Shown: positions 53,131-64,000 of the stretch, in pieces
Position numbering within the stretch: the stretch's first letter is position 1
Layout of the letters: the number at the start of each line of letters is the position of its first letter
Origin: Neoechinorhynchus agilis
Lineage: Eukaryota > Animalia > Acanthocephala
DNA length: 64,000 nucleotides
Direction of reading: 5' to 3'
NCBI GenBank assembly: GCA_051530055.1
Contig: CM121341.1
Coordinates: 10,394,784 to 10,458,783, forward strand
Position numbers and translations under genes: made by a program
Notes under the pieces: model-generated
The model's input: the letters and a program-made list of their open reading frames with translations, nothing else
Databases searched by the model: none
Told to the model about the DNA's origin: nothing

Positions 53131-54299
53131 AGACGGATCTAGTCAATTAGATTAATTTACAATGAACCATAAAAACAGCAAAAAAAGTTTTTATAAACTG
53201 CTATATTGAGGACGAGGAAAGTCAGGATGCAACCGATTTGCCAGTTTTTGTTGAACAGTCGACTGAAGACTCCAAAGCATTATCAGATGAGAGCGTCGAA
53301 TCATCAGTGGTGGATGATTCCACGTTACCAACAACGAGAAGCGCTGGTGCTCGCATTAAGACTGGAGATTCGGATATTGAGGTTACGGATGTAATGTACG
53401 ATTTGTATCCTGCGTTAAAGAAGTGTAGTTCTTATGCAAAATATTTGGCCTGCACAGACAGTTCGTCCTTAAGCAGTTCCACTGAATTCGTTCCCGTGCC
53501 AAAATCACATGAGCAAGTCCATCGATATTACACAAGACAACAATGACTCCTCGGCGATGAAATATCAACAATTGGATGATTGGGAAATCGAAAACTGCAC
53601 CCAAGATTTGAAAAACTCCGACAGGAATTGCATGAAGACCGCAGAGCAAACTAGAAAATCACCAAGTTCTATTCCAGAAGCAGACCACCCGAACAACGCC
53701 AAAAGTTCCGCTGCGTATTTTTAGAAATCCTATCCAGGCTACCCTTTGATTGGACATCTTCTGCTGACTGGGCCACTAGAAGCTTGAAATGGGCTGCGCT
53801 AGCTCAGTAGAGCCTATTCTGAAGACTGTGTTGATCATATAACTAGGTCCAGCTCCAAGACTATATAAGATGTTCCCATTTCGAATAAATCTTTTTTTAT
53901 ATAAACGACGGTCAACGCATGTTTTCTGTCAAGCGCGTTAATCGCTTCTGTGAAACCCCGCGGATTCTTTCCCTTTATGGAAAAACTTGATGTGCGCAAA
54001 GAAGCAAGGCAACCCTTCAGCGGTCAAATTCTGGTCGTCCTTGTATTGGCCATGCAGAGCCCGTCACCAAATGAACAGGAATAGATGTTGGATTAAAACA
54101 CTCATATCAAACTCCTCTCAGTGGTGGCGTGTTGTTTCTAAGAAAAGGTTCGCCCCCTGGCAGCACGCGGCCGCAATGTGGATAAAAAGTCTGGTCTTGA
54201 AGTCGTGGTGAAAACACTGTGATTGCCACTCCGTTGGTTGTTCACCGAACGCCCAGAATGACTTTTTACCTTTGATAAAAAGAAGGTCCGATCTCCAAG

Positions 54300-55121
54300 C
54301 CTCCGACATTATTCAATGGTGGAGGTCGAGGGATAAGACCTCGGACGACGGCTCTTCAATTTGCTTGAAAGCCACCAATGTTCTGAATAAGGCTAATATT
54401 GACCTCCCTGAGGAATAACGCGCATAAACCTATCGAAACGAATTTTCCTTATTAAAAAGAGGGGAAAAAGGTTACAACCGGAGGAGATGTTCGCCCGATA
54501 TCTATACAAAACTCATTGTTTTCCATTTATGAAAGGGCCCTAGTCAAGTCTCTTTTACAGTTTGCCTCGCACAATGACTGCATCGATCGGAGATGCCATG
54601 GATTTCTACCTCATAAATCTGTACATACGGCAATGACTGAAATTATAGCTAACTTTAAATCAGAAAACAATGAATATTTTAATATCGTTTGATTTTTCGA
54701 AAGCTTTCGATGCCATTGATATCGATTTTATTATAAGGATTCTCCGCTACTTCGAAATCTCTTATAATCTCATCGCAAGGTTACACAATACCACGAAATC
54801 TAAAAAGTTCTTTTTCCAAGACGACACTTCCCAGCAAATCTATCACCAAACGAGAGGAGTGCCGCAAGAGTCACCGCTCTCACCCATACTTTTCTGCTTG
54901 GCCTCCCAATTCCTTATTAAGAACTGCACTGTCTGCAATGATTTGACCTTATATGCAGACGACTTCACGGCGGTAATCAAGGAATCGAACTACCTAACTG
55001 CCATAAATAAACTAGCAGAGTTACTGGAATATCTTAACTCCACTCTTCCACAAATGGGCTTATCACTTAACCCACAAAAAACGCAATTTATTTTTAAATC
55101 CAGATCAGTAGAGGGGAAACG
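54300..55121 (+). mobile_element. Degenerate non-LTR RT interrupted by the gypsy element (probably resumes at ~59440-59800)
   Basis: VRPISI, SFDFSKAFDAID, TRGVPQESPLSPILF, LYADD, GLSLNPQKTQ. Confidence 0.8.
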
Positions 55122-55126
55122 ACGGG

Positions 55127-55226
55127 TGTCAAGAGTTATCCCCGAAAGAGTCATATACGTAGTGCATGTGAACATAGGTTGTGAACGTGTGTGTGGTGTG
55201 CGCGCTACATCGAATAAAACATGACA
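55127..55226 (+). repeat. 5' LTR (100 bp)
   Basis: tgtcaagagttatcccc...aataaaacatgaca. Confidence 0.95.
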
Positions 55227-56150
55227 TCTGGTGACAGCGATGGACAGATTTGGAAAATACTGGAGCAACAAGCGAAGATGATCGAGGTGTTGACGAACAG
55301 ACAGATCAAATATGAAGAGGATCAGGAAGCGCGAAATAGATCAATGATTTCTGAGACGGAGGTAGCGAAAGTTAACATCACGCCGTTTCGCCAGTATGTG
55401 GAGCAGGACGAAGAATGGAAAGATTACACACTTCAGTTGGAACAACATTTCGAGTGGTGCCAAGTAAAGGAGTCAGCTTGTAAAAAGTCATGCCTGCTGT
55501 CGTGGATCGGTGCAAAACCGTTCCGCCAATTGACGAAAGTCCTAACAAGAGACAAATTGAAGGATGTGTCCTACGAGCAGGTAGTAGAGGCTATGGGGAA
55601 GCTAGTGGGAGCAGTCGAACATGAAGTAACGGCTAGATTTAAATTCGGTATGATAAAGATGAAAGAAGATCAAACGTATGCGGAATGGATCGCAGAGTTA
55701 AAAGGTGCAGGCGAAAATTGTAAATTCTATAAAGAAGAAACAAAAACGGAGGCTGATGCTTTATCCGAACGGATGCGCGATCATGTAGTGCTAAACGCGC
55801 CGCACGATGCCGTCCGGAGAGCGGCGCTCCAAATCGAAAACCTGACCTTCGAAAACCTTCAGGAGATAGCGTTCAGATACGAGTCCACCTCAAAAGCTAT
55901 AGAAATAATGCCGTCGAACAAAGCAGTAGAAGCCGAAAGAGCGATATTCGAAGTCAAAAAGCGAAACGACGAAGATGAGAACCGGAAGGTGGATTCGCGA
56001 GGTATACGAGACACGCAATGGACTTTTAACAAATGGAAATGCCCTAAATGCGGGACAGGTCATGGAAGGAACTAAGAATGTCGAGCGCGGGGGTGCAAAT
56101 GTTACAAGTGCGGAAAACTGGGTCATTTCGCGAGGTGCCGCAGCGATAAA
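55221..56150 (+). pseudogene. gag: gypsy gag (frameshift near 56070, between the zinc knuckles)
   Basis: WKDYTLQLEQHF..CLLSWIG..; CPKCGTGH; CYKCGKLGHFARC. Confidence 0.85.
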
Positions 56151-56204
56151 GTTAATCGCGTTCAACGAGCAAGCGATTCACAATCGAGCTCAGAAGAATC
56201 GGAA

Positions 56205-58984
56205 GTGTTCGATGTCAACATTATGGAGCAGGACAAGAGACAACAAGCGTGGATCAAAACGAGACTCAACGGAATAAAAATCGATATGTTGTTTGACACC
56301 AGTGCAGACGTCACCATCATTTCGAATCAGGTCTGGAAGGCTATTGGAAGGCCTCAACTAAAGAAAGGAAAAAAATTGATCAGTTTTGGAGGATCGGAAA
56401 TCTCCACCTTGGGAGAGTGTGATGTGCTGGTTACGATCGGAAGGACAAAAAAGGTAGCAACAGTTACGGTTGTCGAGCGAACAGCTAAGTGCCTTTTTGG
56501 ACTGCCATGGTGTAAGCACTTCAACATAAGGCTTCCGCAGGAAGTGTATGTGAATACGATCAAAGCGGTGGGAATCCATGAAGGGCTGAACCGTTGCTCG
56601 AAATTACATGATAAATTATTCCATCAAAAGACGGAACCGATCAGAAATATGGTAGTCAGATTGAATCTCAGTCGAACAGCGGAACCCATTTTCGCATCAG
56701 CAAGAAGGATACCATTCGCATTGGAACAACCTACGAGGGAAGAAATTATGCGACTGGTTGATGGAGGAATCTTGGAGGCCGTAGATATGGCGCAAGAACA
56801 AGTAGAATGGGCCACACCGATTGTCGTCGTCCGGAAGTCAAATGGGAAGGTCCGTATCTGTGGCGATTTCAAAGTTACACTGAACAGGTTCCAGGCGGCT
56901 GATAGTTATAACATTCCGTGTTTGGAAGATGTGTCGAGGAAGCTATACGGGGGTCAGAAATACACAGTAATCGATTTATCAGGCGCGTATCTTCAGTTAG
57001 AAGTCGATCAAACAACCAAGAACTTGCTAACAATCGCGACTCCATGGGGATTATACCGTTACAAAGGGCTTCCTTTCGGAGTATCGTCAGCCCCAAAAAT
57101 TTTCCAGAAGTTCATGGATCAGCTGTTGGATAACGTACCTTCAACCAAAGCTTATTTGGATGATATTATCATCACAGGCGCGAACGACTAGGAGCATATT
57201 CAAACCCTAAATACGCTGTTGACGAAGTTGGAAGTCGGAATAAATGTTAGAAGAGAAAAATGTCAGTTCATTAAAAGAGTGGTTAAATATTTGGGGCATA
57301 TGTTGGTTGATGGCAAGTTGTGTGCAAACAGCGAAAAAGTAGATGACTTACAGAGAGCAATGGAACCCAGGAACAAAAGAGAGCTGCGTGCGTTTTTGGG
57401 AACTGCGAACTTCCTGGATCGCTTTATTCCGAACTTTCAGGCGATCTGCGCACCCCTATATGATTTGATTAAGACAAAAGCTGTTTGGATATGGCGGAAG
57501 GAGCAGACAGCGGTGTTCGAGCGCGTCAAGGAAGCTATCGCGAATCACATTTCTTTAAAATTATATGACGAAAAGAAACCACTAATTTTGGCGTGCGATG
57601 CAAGTGACTATGGTATTGGAGCCGCCTTATTTCAGGCCGACGGTCGTGGACCCAGGGAAGCGCCAATTATGTTGACGTCACGAAAACTTAATCCCACGGA
57701 CGTGCGATATGCTACCATAGACAAAGAAGCCTTAGCCATCGTGCACGCAATCAAGCGTTTTCATAAATACCTTTATGGGCGACATTTTGTGCTAGAAATT
57801 GATCACCAACCGTTAAAGCACATATTCGGGTACCAGAGGGACCTCAGCAAGATGACCAACGGAAGGTTAGTGCGTTGGGCGATAATGCTAAACGAATATA
57901 ACTTCGATATAAGATACGTTAAAGGAAAAACAAATTTGTATGCTGACTGCTTATCGAGGTTACCGAACGATCAGAAGAAATTTACTGTTAATTCAGTAGA
58001 TGTAAAGCTACTAGCTGCAAATCACCAACAACGCGTTGAGGAGATACAGTTGTCGCGAAAAACGCTAGAGTTAGCAACTAAGCAGGATCGGACGTTCAAA
58101 ATGCTGCGGCAGCAATTGAAATACGGCTGGTCTCTAAAATGGACAGAGTTGATGATGCATACTGGAACCGGAGGGACGAATTGGCGGAGGAAAACGGCTT
58201 TATGTTATATCAACATAAGCTCGTTATTCCGAAATGTTTGCGATTGAAGGTACTGGAAAACCTCCACAAGGGACACCCGGGAATTGAGTCGATGAAAAGA
58301 CTCAGTAGACATGTTGTGTGGTGGCCACGAATTGGGGACGACATTGAAAGGTACGTGGGAAGATGCACACATTGTCAAAAATCGAGACCCGCGATGCCGA
58401 AAGAGCCACTGTTCAGATGGGACATACCACGCCGTGTATGGAGCCGGTTACATTTGGATTTGGCGGGCCCAATAAAGAACAAGATGTTCCTGATTCTGGT
58501 TGATGCTACAAGCAAATGGGTGGAGATATGGAATTTGGGTGAAAAGTCGACTACATCGAATATCATATACAATCTTAAAGATTGTTTTGCGAGGTTTGGC
58601 GTGCCCAATACAATCATCACGGACAATGGGCCTCAATTCAAATCGGAAGAGTTTGAGCAATTCTGTTCGAATAGAGGAATCAAGCACAGCTTAACAAGTC
58701 CGTACCACCCGCAAACGAATGGCCTCGCGGAACGTATGGTGGGAACGTTCAAACGAAGGACCAAGAGCGACGATGGAAAGGTGACACAAGAAGAGCTTTG
58801 GGATTTTCTGTTGAGTTATAGGAATACTGAGAACAGTATGACAGGGATTTCGCCCGCGCGCGTTATGATGGGACGGCAATTGCCCTCGATTTTCGATAAT
58901 TTAAAAAATCACGAGTCAGTCGCGGAAAAGTATACGAGAGAAGATGACCATAAGAGGAAATTCAGGGAATTCGAGAAAGGGTAA
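56205..58984 (+). pseudogene. pol: gypsy pol (protease, RT, RNase H, integrase), interrupted
   Basis: MLFDTSADVT, WATPIVVVRK..RICGDFK, YLDDIII, LACDASDYGIGA, LHKGHPG..CTHCQ, LHLDLAGP, TDNGPQF, NGLAER. Stop at 57191 and frameshift near 58140. Confidence 0.9.
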
Positions 58985-59336
58985 GCGATTTGGTTTAAAA
59001 GACCTATTGATCAGACGTGGAACGAAGGCGAGATAACGGATAGAAGCGACCCTGTTTCATATACGATCGAAGATAGTAATCAGAGAGAGCACAGGATTCA
59101 CGGAGACTTTCTGAAGTACAGAGAAGAAGAAGCTGAATCCGAAAAAGAGGAGGAAGGGAATAAGATGGGAAACAGCTCACCGATCGAAGACAAGCGAGAC
59201 GAGAAGACGATCCAAAATTACAGAGATTGGAAGACGATCCATTATTAGAAAGATCCGAACCTGAACATACTATTGCTCTTCGAAGAAGTACACGTACCAG
59301 ACGCCCGCCAGAAGTTTGGAGACGATAAGGGGGAGA

Positions 59337-59434
59337 TGTCAAGAGTTATCCCCGAAAGAATCATATACGTAGTGCATGTGAACATAGGTTGTGAACGTGT
59401 GTGGTGTGCGCGCTACATCGAATAAAACATGACA
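59337..59434 (+). repeat. 3' LTR (98 bp)
   Basis: Differs from the 5' LTR by one substitution and a 2-bp GT deletion. Confidence 0.95.
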
Positions 59435-59989
59435 ACGGGTCCGCGGCTTTTATAATGCATTTTTTAATCTGACATCTTCATCTATTTTTAATAAGATTTC
59501 GATTTTGGACTTCACACTCACTTCTAATATGTTTCCAAAGCATGACCTCAGCAAATTCAAAAGACTTACGCGTTGCTAATCTGAAAGCCCAAAGAGCTTC
59601 CAAATTCGGACTCGGTCCGCACAACTCCAAAAGTATCTGATATTCTTGGGCCATTTTAGACCTAGTCTTCTATTCGAGAGGCAGACCCCGAACAACGACC
59701 AATCTTCACTAGCACTTTCCTTGAAGCTTTGAGCAAACTCCCTTATCTCTGGATACACAACGACGACTGGGCTAAAAAAGCACAAAAATGGACAGCAATG
59801 ATCTGAAGGCAACTACTTGATCACAGGCTTTACACCATTTAACTACGATCCTTACTGTCTTTTTCGAATAAATATTATTATTATTATATCAATGACTCGT
59901 TAGTTTATTAATTGAAATGTTTTCACAAACACAGAGTACTGTGGCGGAGGGTGGCAAACGGCCACACACAAAGCTTCAATTTTCGTCTT

Positions 59990-61910
59990 CAAAAGACGAT
60001 ATGATTGGCCTTTCAAAAAGGACAATTACGTATCTAAAATAACTGTTGTCCCAATCTCAACCAAAAAGGCTACTTGGGGACTTTTCCTTAAGCCATAGTT
60101 AAATACCAAAAAAGATAATACAATAAGAATTGAATCTACGTCATTTTGGAACGGTACCTTAAAAATAGTCTATACAAACAAAATGGAAATGGAGGACTTC
60201 GAAGCCTTCATAAAAGAACGTTTCGATGATCGGCATTTCAATCTACAATCCTTCAGAAACAAAGCTACTGTCATTGCACACAACATCGAGAGTTTATCCT
60301 CGCCTGAAACGATTAAAGAATTCGAGGAACAATTTCAGCTCAAGTTTAAATTCTTTTTTAAATCCAGGAAGACGGGAAAGATGATTCCAGTGGGAGTAGT
60401 GGAAATCGACACTGACCATATGGATACTCTATGCTCACGCAAATGGATCTTTCAATGTATGAGATTAGTTTCTCAAAAAATTCCAATACAGATTCTAACC
60501 TCATCTACCCACAATGTAATATATGCTTAAAGTGGGGGCACGGGAATCAAAACTGCCCCAATAAAATCCAAAAGTGCTGTTTCTGTGCCGAGGAGCATCA
60601 TATGTGAACATTCACTAACAAAACGGGTAAATGTGCCAAATGTGGTGGATCTCACAGGAGCTACTATAAAAGTTGTCCGTGTTTTAAGGCTTATGTGGAT
60701 GCCTGGAAAGCGGATATCGAAATGAAAAGAAATCGGAGCAGTCAAAACACAATCCTTTCATCACCGTCCTATCGGACAGGAACGATTGCTACAAAGGATG
60801 CAACCAACCCATCTACAATGAAGGGGAGTTATTTCAATGAATCTTCGATAAAGTACTACACGAAGTAATACATAGCATATCGACACTCTTCAACAGCCTT
60901 CAGAATCAAATTGCACAGCAAATTCAAAACCTGCTTTCGATCACGATTCCGAAGACCATTATCAACCCGACACCGAATAACGGGAACCAAGTACAATCAA
61001 GACTGAATAAGAGTCAAAGAATACCGGCCAAAGACAATAAAATAAGCGGCAAAAATTCAAGACGCTCAAACAATGTATCAAACAATAGACATATCACTAG
61101 CGGCTCTGACGCTGCGATGGACGTTATAGAATGACAGTGAGTGGGTCCTCGCCCGCACCGCTCAATTTATACTGCTTACAATGGAATTCGGGTGGAGCCG
61201 CGGCTCTAAACAGGTTAGATATTTTTAACTACATTACCGAAGATACTATTTTTATACAAGAGGCCATAAAGGCAGCAGTAGGTTTTTATGTTTTACCACA
61301 AAAGTTTACATTTGAATACGATGTATTCCCAGCATTTCCCTGGAATGCACATTCAAGTGGTCTCTTAACAATTTTCAAAAAACACCTTTCAGCCTCGCTT
61401 ACCCAAAATTATATTAGTGAAAATCTATCATATGCTATCTTCAAAATTCACTCTAATGGGAAGGAGTTAATATTAGTTGGAAATGTTTATGTACGTCCGA
61501 AGTTCATACATAAAAAAGATACGAAGGACATTATTAGTAACCTTCTAAGTTTAGGCAATATCGTTTTATTTGGCGATTTTAATGACCCGTCAGGAAAATG
61601 GACGAAAGCTATAGCAAATAGAGAGGGCTCTCATGTGTTTTCAACTCCCACTCAACCCACATTTCACAGGGTATCAAGTAGGAAGCATGCCATCACGATA
61701 TCATAACCTGGTATTTATCCAACGACAAGTCCCTAACTCGTAGATTCCGATTTTCGCCGTGATCAGTGAGCTGGTTTTGAAAGTAAAACTACAGGAGTTA
61801 TAGTTCATGGGCCGAAGGTATAGATTGTTCAATACGAACTTTCTTGATGAGCTACTGGATGAAATTGTGGTCAATTTCCGAGATGTGCTTCTCAGGGACA
61901 AAAATTTCAG
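59990..61910 (+). mobile_element. Jockey/I-like LINE 5' part (ORF1 with three CCHC knuckles plus APE), 3'-truncated
   Basis: QCNICLKWGHGNQNC, KCCFCAEEH, KCAKCGGSH..CP; then LQWNSGG..IFIQEA..VGNVYVRP..LFGDFN. Confidence 0.82.
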
Positions 61911-62873
61911 TGCTCCCTACATGCGAAAAGAAAGCTAGGGATTTAAAATATCAAGAATTACATTTTTGAGTCTCGCTTGAGCGACGATTGAATGGGTTTA
62001 AATTGAGATTTCGCATTTTTTGCCGATATAATCAAACTTGACAATACGATCGCGGTTTTCCTCGGAAATCTCTGGTTCGTCCCCTGTATTTTGCTCGAGG
62101 ATTAAGGGTGCGTCAAAGGTGAGACTAATGGCATTCGGTGAGTATCCGAAATTGATTTCTTAGAACAATTTTTGAAAATAAACTCGAATGCACGTTTGTA
62201 ATTACAAAGGAATTCAACGGCTCGCCATATCTCCCGCGGACACCACAAGCCGCCAGAAACCAAACTTCGCTCGAAGAACTAAACACAAAGAGCGAAATGA
62301 TTGCTCGAATACAGGAATCCGAAAACGAAATGCAGTTGTAGCAGGCAAGGTTTTTGTTCTATCTTTCGTGTGTAACGTCACTTTTAGAATTTTATTGCGT
62401 CACCAAACTCTGGGCATCTACAATGGCTTCAGCAATTTCGAGTTGCTCCTCGGAATGATTGTAAACTCTCTCGGACGCCGTTACGCCCACGTCTCTTTTT
62501 GTTAGAAGTTAAATGACTTTTTTAGGGCTGTTTTTTAACGGATCAAGTCACTAAGATCGGCAGCTTTTACTTAAAAATGACAAATTACAAAGATTTCAAT
62601 TGATGAACATTGAAATCTCTTTGATAAATTAATAATGACGGTTTAGGTATTTCACTTTCAAACAGCCGCATCTTCATAAAACCAACGAGAAGTTGAAATT
62701 AGCACAAAGTCTATTTTTTAAAATGAGAACGAACGAAAAGGCAATCGCATGAAACGATTGGCAAATTCGGAGAAGATTTTTCACCGTTACGTTTCAAAAA
62801 TGCGAGGAGTTTATATCTTTCAACGATTTCTTTTTGTCGGGAACTTCAGACGATCAAAACGATATTAAGAATT

Positions 62874-63536
62874 TTACTTGAGGACTGAACACGGTGAGCT
62901 GATGCCTTGAAGTTTTAAGAAATTCTCACGTTCATACAAGAACCAGAGAAGTCCAATCATCAGAATACTTGTCCTTGGTTTGCTTGAATCGTACAAGAAA
63001 TTCTGTATGTCTTGTAGGTGAAGTTCGAAGGAATGCGAAACTTCACGGTCCCGCATATCATCAGTCACTTCCACATAATAAAAATGAAGAAGATCCGCTT
63101 TGACGCCGACGCCTTCTCTTGTTGAAAATATCCGGTTCACGAAGCATCCCGGGACGTCGTAACCACATTCCTTTTTAACGTATTCAATTACAGTCATAAC
63201 AAACGGAACATCTGAGTTCATATCACGATTAAAACTAAACAAATCATAGGTCACTGCGTTATTTTGATCAACTTTCGAAAAGTCTATTTCAGTAGGGGAA
63301 GCTTCTTTGACCATCGCAACGAAGACGGGCACTGAGAATTTCCTGCAGATTATGACACAATTTCGATCGACCGAATAGACTATCACGACCAAATTGCAAG
63401 TGGATTCTATGGCATCCCACTTACGAGATTCTCCGACTTCGTCTTTAAACTCAATTCTGTACGGTTTCAAACTAGAAGATCCATCGGTGATCATTTCGGA
63501 AATTGAAATGTCGCTGATGAATTCGTTCGATTCCAT
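62874..63536 (-). CDS. NUDT14: NUDT14-like Nudix protein, intronless CDS, degenerate Nudix box
   Basis: LKPYRIEF..RKWDAI..VVIVYSVDRNCVIICRKFSVPVF..KECGYDV..GVGVKAD..FYYVEVTDDMR..KPRTSILMIGLLWF follows NUDT14 motif order. Confidence 0.75.
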   Translation of the reverse strand: MESNEFISDISISEMITDGSSSLKPYRIEFKDEVGESRKWDAIESTCNLVVIVYSVDRNCVIICRKFSVPVFVAMVKEASPTEIDFSKVDQNNAVTYDLFSFNRDMNSDVPFVMTVIEYVKKECGYDVPGCFVNRIFSTREGVGVKADLLHFYYVEVTDDMRDREVSHSFELHLQDIQNFLYDSSKPRTSILMIGLLWFLYERENFLKLQGISSPCSVLK

Positions 63537-64000
63537 CTTCGGTCTAAAAGAATAAAACATCGAGTTTACAATGTGGACTTGGGTAAAGGGTCTAACTAAT
63601 TCATGTATTTTACGTTATTACGACCACCTGAAGCACAAATTCACAGGTTTTATTATTTGGAAATCGTGTTTCACATAGGAGCACCTATAAGACTCTGAGA
63701 GTTGCGATATTTGGAACAAGACAAGAGATAACGGCAAACAGAAAACCATTGCTATAAAAAGCGCAAAGATCGCCTACGATTTGACCGAGTGTCATTATGA
63801 ATAATCACGAGGATCCGAAATAAACCAATAAATGAATCCCAGAAGACTAGATTAGCACGAAGAACTTCTTGTTAAATTTGAAAAGGTCATTTTAGAAAAG
63901 GAATTGAACTTAAAAATGATCGAAATGATGTAAAGAAACTGAAACGGCACGATCATCCTTTGGCCTCAAAATAGCATCATAAAAGCAAAACTAAACACTT

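Larger units (their letters stand above)
55127..59434 (+). mobile_element. Ty3/gypsy LTR retrotransposon, 4.3 kb, near full length
   Basis: TG..CA LTRs at 55127-55226 and 59337-59434, 5-bp TSD ACGGG, PBS 55229-55243, PPT 59327-59336. Order gag(CCHC)-PR(FDTSA)-RT(YLDD)-RH-IN(HHCC, DDE), with a stop and frameshifts. Confidence 0.96.

Noticed and set aside
50700-53720. Short ORFs and a weak ~138-bp internal repeat between the CRE fragments
   Set aside because: No recognisable domains, so left unannotated.

Overview
AT-rich eukaryotic (animal-like) genomic DNA with compact genes and mostly 40-60 nt GT-AG introns, heavily interspersed with retroelements and foldback repeats. Host genes read from the sequence: makorin (partial, missed by the ORF track because it runs off the window), ABCC4/MRP4, an unidentified TPR-like gene, an SLC39/ZIP transporter with an intronless dynein light chain nested antisense in intron 1, mitochondrial MDH2, a small secreted basic peptide (2 copies), RPL38, a 53BP1-like tandem-BRCT gene, ZC3H14/Nab2 and a NUDT14-like gene. 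There are three tRNA genes and one tRNA-like element. Mobile DNA: Penelope-like pieces (two carrying hammerhead ribozymes), RTE and other APE LINEs, CRE/SLACS-type elements, a 4.3 kb Ty3/gypsy element with ~100 bp LTRs, two satellite arrays and a ~1.55 kb segmental duplication. Top observation: three otherwise intact genes (ABCC4, ZIP, MDH2) each have one long intervening sequence inside a conserved motif. Each can be removed to restore the exact motif only as GT...non-AG (GT..CT, GT..CA, GT..AT), and each has its two ends joined by a 15-18 bp stem whose imperfections are almost all G-U pairs on the sense RNA. This points to a class of structure-defined, probably transposon-derived non-canonical introns. 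It needs RNA-seq confirmation. Coordinates were counted by hand, and those of degenerate elements are approximate.
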